DNA of 64,000 nucleotides from an uncultured delta proteobacterium (GTDB lineage: Bacteria > Myxococcota > Myxococcia > Myxococcales > Myxococcaceae), in NCBI GenBank assembly GCA_963796055.1, contig CAWCKH010000006.1, positions 1-64,000 on the forward strand. Direction: 5' to 3'. Every line of letters begins with the position of its first letter. The stretch's first letter is position 1. Shown here in pieces: positions 1 through 9,527 of the stretch. The notes under the pieces were generated by a model, which was not told the origin of the DNA, made no database searches, and worked only from the letters and a program-made list of their open reading frames with translations. The position numbers were made by a program, and so were the translations under genes.

Positions 1-33
1 GAAGCCGATGCTCTACCACTGAGCTACTCCCGC
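1..33 (-). tRNA. tRNA-Gly 5' half, probably anticodon CCC; truncated by the window edge
   Basis: Reverse complement reads GCGGGAGTAGCTCAGTGGTAGAGCATCGGCTTC: Gly-type acceptor start, D-arm, anticodon stem TCGGC, then TT and C as the first anticodon base. Confidence 0.85.
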
Positions 34-81
34 GAACGACCGGTCGGAGGTACTACGAGCGGCCCCCGGGTTCAAGCCGCT

Positions 82-597
82 TCACTGGCTGCAGCCGAGC
101 CGGACCCGCTCATCCTGGATGTGCCGCACCAGCTCCCACGGCACGAAGTCCACGCACCAGCCATGGTGATCGCTCGACGGCTCCCCCAGGCGCGCGTGGT
201 GGAGCTCGTGGGGCATCAGCTCGAAGTGGTTCTGGCTCAACTCGATGAGCCGCTGATCGTACCAGGCAAGGCCGGCGTGTCCGTGGGCGTCCACCAGGTC
301 CGGAGCGCGGATCCGCACCGTCCACGACTGCAGTGGCACTGCGGCCCACCGCTCCTCGTAGATGGCGCGCCAGACGGAGACGAACCGACCCGAGTAGCTG
401 CAGGGCGTCTCGCCACCGAACCCGCCCAGCACGCCTTCCTCGACCTCGATGCGCACCCCGTCCACCGTGCATGTCCCGGCCAGGGCGACCGCCGGTGGAT
501 CCGACGGGGAGCGGACGGGACCCCCGCCCGCGCCGCCTCCGCAGCCGCCCAGGCCGAGCCCGACCAGGGCGCACCCCACGCGCGCCGCAAACCGCAT
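82..597 (-). CDS. Hypothetical lipoprotein with HExxH motif
   Basis: ATG at 597 gives MRFAARVGCALVGLGLGGC (lipobox-like); HELHH near the C-terminus. Confidence 0.55.
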   Translation of the reverse strand: MRFAARVGCALVGLGLGGCGGGAGGGPVRSPSDPPAVALAGTCTVDGVRIEVEEGVLGGFGGETPCSYSGRFVSVWRAIYEERWAAVPLQSWTVRIRAPDLVDAHGHAGLAWYDQRLIELSQNHFELMPHELHHARLGEPSSDHHGWCVDFVPWELVRHIQDERVRLGCSQ

Positions 598-733
598 CCG
601 CCCCGCCTCCGCCGGGAGAGGGTCGAGACGCCACCGGGGAGCGGCAAGTCGCTGTCCCGGAAGGTCGGCGGCAGTGCTCTCGGGCAGACACAACGCCCCG
701 GCGGACGGCGCGTATGGCTACCGTACAGGCCGG

Positions 734-1513
734 ATGGCGCGCGTCCTGGTGGGCACCAGCGGGTACCAGTATCGGCACTGGCGAGGCGTGCTGTACCCGC
801 CGGGCCTCGGAGCCGGGCGGTGGCTCGCGCGCTACGCCAGCAGATTCCAGACCCTCGAGCTGAACACCACGTTCTACCGGCTGACGACCGCCGCGGCCGC
901 CGGACGCTGGCTGGAGACGACGCCCCCCGGCTTCGTCTTCGCCGCCAAGGGCAGCCGGTACATCACCCACATGAAGAAGCTCAAGGATCCGGCCCGGGCC
1001 CTGGAGCGCTTCTTCGCCCCGCTCCGCCCGCTCCAGCCGAAGCTGGCGGTGGTGCTCTGGCAGCTTCCGCCCCGCTTCCACGTCGACGCGCTCCCCCGCC
1101 TCGATGCGTTCCTCGCCGCGCTGCCCCGCGACGTCCGCCACTCCGTCGAGTTCCGCGAGCCGAGCTGGTACCTGCCCGAGACCTGCACGGTGCTGGATGC
1201 GCACGGGGTCGCATTCTGCGAGCACGACCTCGTCCCGCTCTCCCCTCCCCGGGCGACCGGCGGCTTCCGCTACCTGCGCTTCCATGGCGCCGGGGCGAAG
1301 TACGGGGGACGCTACGGGCCCGCCGCGCTGGCCCCGGTGGCCCGTGACCTCCTCCGCACCCGCCGGCGCAGGATGGACGCGTACGTGTACTTCAACAACG
1401 ACATCGGCGGGCATGCGGTGCATGACGCGCTGACGCTTCGCGCGGCGCTCGGGGAAGCGATGTGCCTTGACACCCTCCAGGCCGACGGACAAAAGCCCGA
1501 GGCCACCCCATGA
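734..1513 (+). CDS. DUF72 domain protein
   Basis: VGTSGYQY..W.G.LYP, ELNTTFY, QLPP, YLRFHG and YFNND motifs. Confidence 0.9.
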   Translation: MARVLVGTSGYQYRHWRGVLYPPGLGAGRWLARYASRFQTLELNTTFYRLTTAAAAGRWLETTPPGFVFAAKGSRYITHMKKLKDPARALERFFAPLRPLQPKLAVVLWQLPPRFHVDALPRLDAFLAALPRDVRHSVEFREPSWYLPETCTVLDAHGVAFCEHDLVPLSPPRATGGFRYLRFHGAGAKYGGRYGPAALAPVARDLLRTRRRRMDAYVYFNNDIGGHAVHDALTLRAALGEAMCLDTLQADGQKPEATP

Positions 1514-2490
1514 AGCTGGCGACCCTGCGAGACGGAACCCGGGACGGTGCGCTGGTGGTGGTCCGCCGCGATGGCGCCGCGTTCAGTCGTGCGCACGACG
1601 TGGCCCGCACGCTCCAGGCGGCCCTCGATGCCTGGGAGTCCACCGAGCCCGGCCTGCGGGCGCTGTCCCAGCGTCTCGACGCGGGAGAGATCGACTCCGA
1701 GCCGCTCGACGTGCGCCAGCTGCACGCTCCGCTGCCCCGGGCCTACGAGTGGGTGGACGGCTCGGCGTACCTCAACCACGTCCGGCTGGTGCGCAAGGCG
1801 CGCGGCGCCGAGCCCCCGCCCACCCTGGAGACGGATCCGCTGGTGTACCAGGGTGGCTCGGGCGTGCTGCTCGGCCCGACGGAGGATCTGATCTTGCCGG
1901 ACCCCGGCTGGGGGATGGACTTCGAGTCGGAGATCGTCGTGGTGCTGGGCGACGTCCCTCTCGGGACCAGGGCCACCGAGGCGGGCAAGTACGTGCGCCT
2001 CCTCACCCAGTGCAACGACGTCAGCCTGCGCAACCTCATCCCCCCCGAGCTGGCCAAGGGCTTCGGCTTCTTCCAGAGCAAGCCCGCCACCGCCTTCGGC
2101 CCCTTCGCGCTCACCCCCGACGAGCTGGGCCCTGCCTGGCGCGATGGGCGGGCGCACGTCCGCGTTCGCTCGACCTTGAACGGGCGCGTGGTCGGCGACA
2201 CCGAGGCCGGGCCCGAGATGCACTTCTCGTTCTTCCAGCTCCTCGAGCACGTGGCGAGGACCCGGGCGTTCACCGCCGGCACGCTCCTCGGCAGCGGGAC
2301 GGTCAGCAACGAGGACCGGGCGCGCGGCATCAGCTGCCTGGCCGAGCGGCGGATGATCGAGACCATCGAGCAGGGCAAGCCCACCACCCCCTTCCTGGCG
2401 ATGGGCGACCAGATCGAGGTGGAGACCTTCGACCCCCAGGGCCGGAGCCTCTTCGGCCGCATCTCGCAGAGGGTGAGGGCGCCAGGATGA
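1510..2490 (+). CDS. Fumarylacetoacetate hydrolase family protein
   Basis: MKLATLRDGTRDG, DGSAY, DFESE, NDVSLRN, GSGTVSN; lies in the homogentisate cluster. Confidence 0.92.
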   Translation: MKLATLRDGTRDGALVVVRRDGAAFSRAHDVARTLQAALDAWESTEPGLRALSQRLDAGEIDSEPLDVRQLHAPLPRAYEWVDGSAYLNHVRLVRKARGAEPPPTLETDPLVYQGGSGVLLGPTEDLILPDPGWGMDFESEIVVVLGDVPLGTRATEAGKYVRLLTQCNDVSLRNLIPPELAKGFGFFQSKPATAFGPFALTPDELGPAWRDGRAHVRVRSTLNGRVVGDTEAGPEMHFSFFQLLEHVARTRAFTAGTLLGSGTVSNEDRARGISCLAERRMIETIEQGKPTTPFLAMGDQIEVETFDPQGRSLFGRISQRVRAPG

Positions 2491-3131
2491 AGCTCTACGG
2501 CTACTGGCGCAGCGGCGCCACCTGGCGGGTCCGCATCGCGCTCGCCTGGAAGGGCATTCCGTACGACTACCAGCCGGTGAATCTCCTCACCGGACAGCAG
2601 CACGAGGAGCCATACCGCAGGCTGAACCTCATGGAGTCCGTGCCGCTCCTCGAGTGGCACGATGGTGAGGCCATCCGCCGGCTGGCGCAGAGCCTGGCCA
2701 TCCTGGACCATCTCGAGCAGCGCTTCCCCTCGCCCCCGCTCCTGCCCACCGACCCGTGGCTGCGGGCGCGGGCCAGGCAACTGGCGGAGATGGTGAACTC
2801 GGGCATCCAGCCCTTGCAGACCCCGCTGGTCACCGGGCAGGTGAAGGCGTTCGGCGGCGATTCTCGCGCCTGGGTTCACTTCTTCCTGACGCGGGGCCTG
2901 ACCGCGCTGGAGGAGGAGACCTCCCGGACGGCCGGTCGGTTCTCGGTGGGCGATGCGCCCTCGTTCGCCGACTGCTGCCTGGTGCCGCAGCTCTACGCCG
3001 CCCGGCGGTGGAAGATCGACCTCACCCCCTTCCCCACCCTCACCCGCATCGAGGCGGCGTGCGAGGCGCTGCCCGCTTTCCAGGCCGCCCATCCCGACCG
3101 CCAGCCGGACGCGCAGCACGCTGCGCGATAA
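2487..3131 (+). CDS. maiA: Maleylacetoacetate isomerase (GST zeta)
   Basis: LYGYWRSGATWRVRIAL, QSLAILDHL, SGIQPLQ, AAHPDRQPD; ATGA overlap with the upstream gene. Confidence 0.93.
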   Translation: MKLYGYWRSGATWRVRIALAWKGIPYDYQPVNLLTGQQHEEPYRRLNLMESVPLLEWHDGEAIRRLAQSLAILDHLEQRFPSPPLLPTDPWLRARARQLAEMVNSGIQPLQTPLVTGQVKAFGGDSRAWVHFFLTRGLTALEEETSRTAGRFSVGDAPSFADCCLVPQLYAARRWKIDLTPFPTLTRIEAACEALPAFQAAHPDRQPDAQHAAR

Positions 3132-3148
3132 TCAAGGAACACTCGACC

Positions 3149-4306
3149 ATGGCCCAGAACGAATCCCTCGGACTCCTCGGCATCGAATCCGCGCACTGGT
3201 ACGTGCGCGACCTGGAGCGGAGCCGCCGCTTCTACACGCAAGGGATGGACTTCAAGGAGATCGGCGGCAGCGATCCCGACCTCACCGCCCGTGGCAAGCA
3301 GCAGAGCCTGGTGTTCCAGGCCGGCGACATCGTGCTGGTCGTCAGCCAGCCACGGGGCGAGGGCGGCCGGGCGGCGCGGTGGCTCGCCAAGCACCCCGAC
3401 GGCGTCGGGACGCTCACCTTCGCGGTGAAGGACGTGGAGAAGACCTCCCGCCTCCTCGAGCGGCGCGGGGCGACCCTGATCGACGACGTCCAGACCATCC
3501 GGGACAGCCGCGGGGGCAAGCTGAGCTGGTTCTCGATCACCACCCCCTTCGGCGACACCACCTTCCGCTTCGCCCAGCGCGACGGCTACCGGCCGCTGTT
3601 CCCGGGGATGATCTTCCACGAGAAGCCCACCGGCGGACAGAACCGCTTCGGCTTCAACGTCGTCGACCACGTGACGTCCAACTTCCGGACGCTGATGCCG
3701 GCCATCATGTGGATGGAGCAGGTGCTGGGGCTGGAGCGGTTCTGGAAGATCGAGTTCCACACCGACGACGCGGCCGACAAGCTGGACAAGGGCTCGGGCC
3801 TGCGCTCCACGGTGATGTGGGATCCGGAGTCCGGGGTGAAGTTCGCCAACAACGAGCCCGCCCGGCCCAACTTCCGTGCTTCGCAGATCAACGTCTTCGT
3901 CGAGGACAACCGCGGCGAGGGCATCCAGCACCTGGCCCTGGGGGTCGACGCCATCATCCCCGCGGTGGAGGGAATGCTGAAGACGAAGGGTGTGCAGTTC
4001 ATGGAGACCCCGGACAGCTACTACGACCAGCTCGGCAAGCGGCTGGAGGTCTTCGGCATCAAGCGCATCGACGAGAACCCGGACGATCTGCGACGGCTGC
4101 GCATCCTCATCGACGGCAACAAGGAGCACAGCTACCTGCTGCAGATCTTCATGAAGGACGCGGCGAGCCTGTATGGCGACCGCGACGCCGGGCCGTTCTT
4201 CTACGAGGTCATCCAGCGCAAGGGTGACAAGGGCTTCGGCGCGGGGAACTTCCGCTCGCTCTTCGAGAGCATCGAGCGCGAGCAAAAGGCCGCCGGTCGG
4301 GTCTAG
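3149..4306 (+). CDS. hppD: 4-hydroxyphenylpyruvate dioxygenase
   Basis: DHVTSN, GIQHLAL, LLQIF, FYEVIQRKG..GFGAGNFRSLFESIE; AAGGA RBS. Confidence 0.95.
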   Translation: MAQNESLGLLGIESAHWYVRDLERSRRFYTQGMDFKEIGGSDPDLTARGKQQSLVFQAGDIVLVVSQPRGEGGRAARWLAKHPDGVGTLTFAVKDVEKTSRLLERRGATLIDDVQTIRDSRGGKLSWFSITTPFGDTTFRFAQRDGYRPLFPGMIFHEKPTGGQNRFGFNVVDHVTSNFRTLMPAIMWMEQVLGLERFWKIEFHTDDAADKLDKGSGLRSTVMWDPESGVKFANNEPARPNFRASQINVFVEDNRGEGIQHLALGVDAIIPAVEGMLKTKGVQFMETPDSYYDQLGKRLEVFGIKRIDENPDDLRRLRILIDGNKEHSYLLQIFMKDAASLYGDRDAGPFFYEVIQRKGDKGFGAGNFRSLFESIEREQKAAGRV

Positions 4307-4317
4307 GAGCAGAGGCG

Positions 4318-5487
4318 ATGATCGAGCGGCTGACCTTCGGAACCATTCCCAGGAAGCACCACATCCAGCTGCGCCTCCCGGGCGGAGAGCTGGCCTTCGA
4401 GGAGTGCTTCACCCAGGAGGGGTTCGAGGGCCCGTACACCATCGGCTACCACCAGCGGGCACCGCACACGCAGTCGCTGGCCGAGGCCAAGCACGGGTGG
4501 GCCCGGCCGGTGGATGCCACCGAGGGCCGCCGCCTCGCCAAGCGCCACTACAAGACGCAGGACATGCCGCGGAAGGGCGGAGCGCCGGTGAACGCCCGGA
4601 CGCCGCTGCTCTTCAACGCCGACGTCACCCTGGGGATGGTGTTCCCCGACCGGCAGGACCCGGTCTACGTGAGCAATGCCGATGCGGACGAGCTGTTCTG
4701 GATCCAGCAGGGCAGCGGAACGTTGCGCACCGCGCTCGGCGACGTGCGCTTCACCGCCGACGATTACCTGTTCGTCCCTCGCGGGCTGATCCACCGGCTG
4801 ATCCCCGATGCGGGACCGCAGTCGTGGCTGTGGATGGAGCTGAACGGTGGCCTGCACTTGCCGCGGCAGTGGCGCAACGAGGTGGGCCAGCTGCGGATGG
4901 ACGCGCCCTACAGCCACCGCGACTTCAAGCGCCCCGAGTTCAGGGGCCCGATGGACGAGGACATCCGGGACCTGGTGGTGAAGAAGGGCCAGGCGTTCCA
5001 CGGCTTCCGCTACCGCCACTCGCCGCTGGACATCGTGGGCTGGGACGGCACCGTGTACCCCTGGGCCTTTCCGATCCTGAACTTCCAGCCGCGCGCCGGC
5101 CTGGTGCACCTGCCGCCCACCTGGCACGGAACGTTCGCCACCCGCGGGGCGCTCATCTGCAGCTTCGTCCCCAGGGTGGTGGACTTCCACCCCGAGGCCA
5201 TCCCCTGCCCGTACCCGCACGCGTCCATCGACTGCGACGAGTTCCTCTTCTACGCGCGGGGGAACTTCACCAGCCGCCGCGGGGTCGGCCCGGGGAGCGT
5301 GAGCCACCACCCGGCCGGCGTGGCACACGGGCCACACCCGGGCGCGTACGAGGGGAGCATCGGGCACTCCCGGACCGACGAGCTGGCGGTGATGCTCGAC
5401 ACCACACTGCCGCTGAAGACCACCGCGGCGGCGCTGGCGGTCGAGGACCCGGGCTACCAGGACAGCTTCATCCCGCCGGGAGAGTGA
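4318..5487 (+). CDS. hmgA: Homogentisate 1,2-dioxygenase
   Basis: NADADEL, HSPLDIVGWDG, HLPPTWH, PYPH, HGPHPG, ELAVMLDT. Confidence 0.95.
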   Translation: MIERLTFGTIPRKHHIQLRLPGGELAFEECFTQEGFEGPYTIGYHQRAPHTQSLAEAKHGWARPVDATEGRRLAKRHYKTQDMPRKGGAPVNARTPLLFNADVTLGMVFPDRQDPVYVSNADADELFWIQQGSGTLRTALGDVRFTADDYLFVPRGLIHRLIPDAGPQSWLWMELNGGLHLPRQWRNEVGQLRMDAPYSHRDFKRPEFRGPMDEDIRDLVVKKGQAFHGFRYRHSPLDIVGWDGTVYPWAFPILNFQPRAGLVHLPPTWHGTFATRGALICSFVPRVVDFHPEAIPCPYPHASIDCDEFLFYARGNFTSRRGVGPGSVSHHPAGVAHGPHPGAYEGSIGHSRTDELAVMLDTTLPLKTTAAALAVEDPGYQDSFIPPGE

Positions 5488-5509
5488 CCCGCGCTCTCGG
5501 CTCGACGCC

Positions 5510-5530
5510 TTGACCTGAACAGACGTTCAG
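5510..5530 (+). promoter_or_regulatory. Candidate myxobacterial LexA box overlapping a -35 element
   Basis: TTGACC at 5510-5515 overlaps the palindrome CTGAAC-AGAC-GTTCAG at 5515-5530, 17 nt before the radical SAM ATG. Confidence 0.7.
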
Positions 5531-5547
5531 ATAGAGCATCGGGGCCC

Positions 5548-6576
5548 ATGAAACCCCGCGCCTGGTCCAACCCGCCCAACCCGTTCTCTCCGACGGCGCT
5601 CGAGTACCTCGAGGAGGATCACCCTCGAGCCTCGGTGCACGTCTGGGACGACACGACCAAGGCCATTCTCGCCACCAACGACAGTCCCGACATCGGCTTC
5701 CGCTTCAGCGTGAACCCGTACCGGGGCTGCATGCACGCCTGCGCCTACTGCTACGCCCGCCCGGGCCACGAGTACCTCGGCTTCGGCGCCGGCACCGATT
5801 TCGACACCCAGGTGGTGGTCAAGCGCCGCGCGCCAGAGCTTCTCCGCGAGGCATTCCGGAAGCCGTCCTGGAAGGGGGAGCTGGTCGTCTTCAGCGGGGT
5901 GACCGACTGCTACCAGCCACTGGAGGCCTCGCTCCGGCTGACCCGCGGCTGTCTCGAGGTCTGCGCCGAATTTCGCAATCCGGTGGGGATCATCACCAAA
6001 TCGCCGATCATCGAGCGGGACATCGACGTGCTCCAGGAGCTGCAACGCACTGCCAGCCTCAGCGTGGCGATCAGTGTCCCCTTCTTCGACCAAGACGTCG
6101 CCCGTGCGCTCGAGCCGGGGGTGGCCACGCCGCGCCGGCGTCTGCAGATCATCGAGCGCCTGGCCAAGGCCGGGATCCCCGTCGGGGTCAGCATCGCGCC
6201 CATCGTGCCCGGACTGGACGAGGGCGTGTCTCGAGTGCTCGCGGAGGCGGCGAAGGTGGGCGCCCGCTTCGCGGGGTACGTCCTCCTCCGGCTCCCGGGC
6301 TCGGTTCGCCCGGTCTTCGAGCAGCGGCTGCGGGACGCCCTCCCCCTCCGGGCGGACAAGGTCATCCACCGCATCCAGGAGACCCGGGGCGGGAAGATGT
6401 ACGACTCGACCTGGGGACTCCGGCAACGCGGTGAGGGTCAGTACGCCGAGGCGATCCACGCGCTCTTCTGGGCACAGGCGCGCAAGGTGGGACTCGAGCC
6501 GCGCTGGCCGGATGAGGCGCGCCCCGAGACCTTCCGTCGCCCCGAGCGATCCGGCGACCAGCTCGCGCTTCTCTGA
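5548..6576 (+). CDS. PA0069-family (SplB-like) radical SAM protein
   Basis: NPYRGCMHACAYCYARP (CxxxCxxC), SGVTDCYQP, LEP..ATP.RRL. Confidence 0.92.
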   Translation: MKPRAWSNPPNPFSPTALEYLEEDHPRASVHVWDDTTKAILATNDSPDIGFRFSVNPYRGCMHACAYCYARPGHEYLGFGAGTDFDTQVVVKRRAPELLREAFRKPSWKGELVVFSGVTDCYQPLEASLRLTRGCLEVCAEFRNPVGIITKSPIIERDIDVLQELQRTASLSVAISVPFFDQDVARALEPGVATPRRRLQIIERLAKAGIPVGVSIAPIVPGLDEGVSRVLAEAAKVGARFAGYVLLRLPGSVRPVFEQRLRDALPLRADKVIHRIQETRGGKMYDSTWGLRQRGEGQYAEAIHALFWAQARKVGLEPRWPDEARPETFRRPERSGDQLALL

Positions 6577-6595
6577 CGCTCGCGGAGCCTGGCGT

Positions 6596-6790
6596 TCAGG
6601 CCGATGACCGGCGGGCCCGCAGCGCCGGAATGTCCACGTACTCCACGACGGCCCCGACCTCTGGCGCCATCCGAAGTCCCCAGTCGTTGAGCGCCCCGAG
6701 CAGCGGACGGAGCGAGTCCGCGCGGCGGGTGAGGCGGTAGGTCGCGGGCCGGCCCACGCCATGACTGGTCCGCCGATTCTCTTGCTCGAT
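6596..6790 (-). pseudogene. Possible C-terminal remnant of an HxlR-type winged-helix regulator
   Basis: Frame with no start codon reads GRPATYRLTRRADSLRPLLGALNDWG...SA*, resembling the HxlR YxLTxxGxxLxPxLxALxxWG tail. Confidence 0.4.
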
Positions 6791-6827
6791 CTTCCGAGCT
6801 GCCGTGTGGCAGGTACCGCTCCGGCGG

Positions 6828-8897
6828 CTACCAGACCTCGCAGCGGTTCTGAGGTGCCATCCTGTCCCCCGCCTTGCACCCGAATGCCTGCTGGAACTGG
6901 GGCATGTTGGAGAGCGGGCCGTTCACCCGGTACTGCGGCGGCGAGTGCGGATCCACCGTGGCCCGCCGGCGGGCCTCCTCCGGACGCACGTTGGTGCACC
7001 AGGCCTGGGCCTCGCCGAGGAAGAACTGTTGCTCCGGGGTGAAGCGGCTGGGCGGCGCCGAGCGCTCGGGATGCTCCCTGGCGTAGGCCTGCATCGCAGC
7101 GAAGGCGAGCTTCAGGCCGCCCAGGTCCGCCACGTTCTCGCCCAGGGTGAGCGCGCCGTTCAGGTGCACGTCGTCGATCGCCACGTACCCGTCGAACTGC
7201 TTCTTCACACAGTCGACCCGCTCCACGAAGGTCCTGGCGGACTCGGGGGTCCACCAGTCACTGAGGTTGCCCTTGGCGTCGAACTGCCGCCCCTGGTCGT
7301 CGAAGCCGTGGGTCAGCTCGTGCCCCACCACCATCCCCATCGCCCCGAAGTTCACCGCGTCGGTGGCCTCCTTGTTGTAGAACGGCGGCTGGAGGATGCC
7401 GGCGGGGAAGACGATCTCGTTGAGCGACGGCTCGTAGTAGGCGTTCACCGTCGGCGGGGTCATCTCCCACAGTCCCCGGTCCAGCGGCTTGCCGATCTTC
7501 TTGAGGTCGCGCGCATTCTCGTAGGCCATGGAGCGCAGGTGGTTGCCGAGGAACGTGCCCCGGTCGGTCACCAGCCCGTCGTAGGTCTTCCACTTGTCCG
7601 GGTAGCCGATCTTGTCGAAGACTGCCTTGGCCTTCTCCAGCGCGCGGGCCTTGGTGGTGGCATCCATCCAGGACAGCGGCTGGAGGTTGGCCTCGAAGGC
7701 CTGCTCGATCTCCTGGACCATCGATTTGGTGACCTGCTTGCCCTCGGCGCCGAAGGTCTGGTTGATGAACGGCACCGCCAGCGCCTCTCCCAGCGCGGCG
7801 TCGGTGGCGGCCACGCACTTCTTCCAGCGCGGGAGGTCCTCCTTGGCGCCGGTGAGGTACTTGCTCTGGAAGGCGAACTGTGCGTCCGCGAAGGGCTTGG
7901 GGAGCGCCAGCACCTGGGAGGAGATCAGCCGCCAGGCCAGGTAGTTCCGGAGCTGTTGCCGCGGAGCCTTGCGCACCAGCTGCCCCACCTCCGTGGCGAA
8001 ACCCGGGTACGTGACGTTCAGCGCCTGGACTCCCGGAGTGCCCACTGCCACGAAGTATCTGGGCCAATCGAACCCGGGTGCGGCCCGCGCCAGGGCCTTG
8101 GGGTCGGTCCGGTGGTAGACCTTGTTCGGATCACGCCGCGAGACGCGGTCGAGGCTGGCCTGGGCCAGCTTGGTCTCGAGGTCCAGCACCTGGTCGGCCT
8201 TCTTCGCCGCGACGGTCGGCGAGTCTCCCAGGAGCGCGAACAGCTGGGCCACGAAGGCCCGATAGCCCTCGCGGATCTCCTTCATCTTCGGCGAGTCGCT
8301 CAGGTAGTACTCGCGGTCCGGCAGCCCCAGCCCTCCCTGATCCACCGCCCCGATGACCTGGGTGGCGTCCTTGAAGTCCTGGGTCGAGCCGTAGCCGAAG
8401 AGGGCGTTCGCCCCGGCGTCGTGCAAGCGCGCCAGCTCGGTCGCCACGTCCTTCGCGGTGGTCACCCGGTCGATCTTCCGCAGGGCGGTGCGAAGCTCCG
8501 GCAACGCGCTCTCCAGCTTCGACTCGTCCATGCAGGTGGCGTAGTAGTCCCCGAGCTGCTTCGCGTACGGGGTCCCCTGCGGCGCCTTGCCCTCGGCGGT
8601 CGCCTCGAGGATCTCCTTCAGGATCTGCTCGTTCCGCTCCTGGATGACGTTGAAGCCCCTCCCCCAGGTGCTCCGGTCCGCGGGAATGGGAGTGGCCTTC
8701 AGCCAGCCGCCGCAGGCGTACTGGTAGAAGTCGTCACAGGGGTTCGCGGACGGGTCCATCGCCGCCGCGTCGAGCCCGGCGGGCATCGGAGGCGGGGCGA
8801 GGGGGGCCGGCTCCTTCGGGGGAGGCGGGGAGGGCTTGTTGGGGGGCGCCGAGGCGCAACCCGCGGCGAGCAGGGCGAGGACGAGAAGACGGTTCAC
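6828..8897 (-). CDS. M13 (neprilysin/PepO-like) metallopeptidase, lipoprotein
   Basis: LAAGC lipobox, PCDDFYQYACG, VNAYY, GHELTHGFD, GENVADLGG. Confidence 0.95.
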   Translation of the reverse strand: MNRLLVLALLAAGCASAPPNKPSPPPPKEPAPLAPPPMPAGLDAAAMDPSANPCDDFYQYACGGWLKATPIPADRSTWGRGFNVIQERNEQILKEILEATAEGKAPQGTPYAKQLGDYYATCMDESKLESALPELRTALRKIDRVTTAKDVATELARLHDAGANALFGYGSTQDFKDATQVIGAVDQGGLGLPDREYYLSDSPKMKEIREGYRAFVAQLFALLGDSPTVAAKKADQVLDLETKLAQASLDRVSRRDPNKVYHRTDPKALARAAPGFDWPRYFVAVGTPGVQALNVTYPGFATEVGQLVRKAPRQQLRNYLAWRLISSQVLALPKPFADAQFAFQSKYLTGAKEDLPRWKKCVAATDAALGEALAVPFINQTFGAEGKQVTKSMVQEIEQAFEANLQPLSWMDATTKARALEKAKAVFDKIGYPDKWKTYDGLVTDRGTFLGNHLRSMAYENARDLKKIGKPLDRGLWEMTPPTVNAYYEPSLNEIVFPAGILQPPFYNKEATDAVNFGAMGMVVGHELTHGFDDQGRQFDAKGNLSDWWTPESARTFVERVDCVKKQFDGYVAIDDVHLNGALTLGENVADLGGLKLAFAAMQAYAREHPERSAPPSRFTPEQQFFLGEAQAWCTNVRPEEARRRATVDPHSPPQYRVNGPLSNMPQFQQAFGCKAGDRMAPQNRCEVW

Positions 8898-8930
8898 GGT
8901 GCCTGTCAGCTCCTTCGGAGGTTCGTGGGG

Positions 8931-9491
8931 TCAGCCGCCGAGCAGCTTCCGCTTCAGCTCCGCATCCACCGGGTCCGGACCGAGCCAGACCGAGAACAGC
9001 GCATCGGCGAAATCCTTCCCGGGAATGACGGTCTCCTTCGCCGCCCCCCCGACCACCACGCCCTTCTCCGGGACGTAGGTGAGCGAGAGCACGTCGCCCT
9101 TCTTGAGGTCCGGGACCGCGTCCGAGAGCTGGTCCAGCCGGCCCTGGAGGGCAGGCATCTGGTCCTTGGACTGCTTCTCGAAGCCCTCGCGGATCGACTC
9201 GATGATCTTCAGCTTCCCCACGTCCCGGAGCAGGTGGAGATCCATCCGCTTCACCTGCTCGGACTTGATGAGGTTCACGGCGTTGAAGGTCGGCTTCTCC
9301 GCGTAGAGCGCGCCCACATAGACGCTGAACATCCACTTGGTCCGGATGCCGGCGCCGATGAGCCGGAGAGTCTTCCCCTCCCAGCTGACCGTGCCCGGGA
9401 TCTGTGTCCCGTCCACGTCCTTGGCCACCACCGGGAACGCCACCAGCGAGCAGAGCAGCAGCACAGCGAAGCGCAGGCTTCCAGCCATCAC
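8931..9491 (-). CDS. Chalcone-isomerase-like periplasmic protein
   Basis: Signal peptide, GAGIRTKWMFSVYVGALY, FADALFSVWLG.DPVD..LK..LLG. Confidence 0.85.
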   Translation of the reverse strand: MMAGSLRFAVLLLCSLVAFPVVAKDVDGTQIPGTVSWEGKTLRLIGAGIRTKWMFSVYVGALYAEKPTFNAVNLIKSEQVKRMDLHLLRDVGKLKIIESIREGFEKQSKDQMPALQGRLDQLSDAVPDLKKGDVLSLTYVPEKGVVVGGAAKETVIPGKDFADALFSVWLGPDPVDAELKRKLLGG

Positions 9492-9527
9492 GGGTCCCCT
9501 CCTCGATGGGTCCTTCTACCCCAGCCG

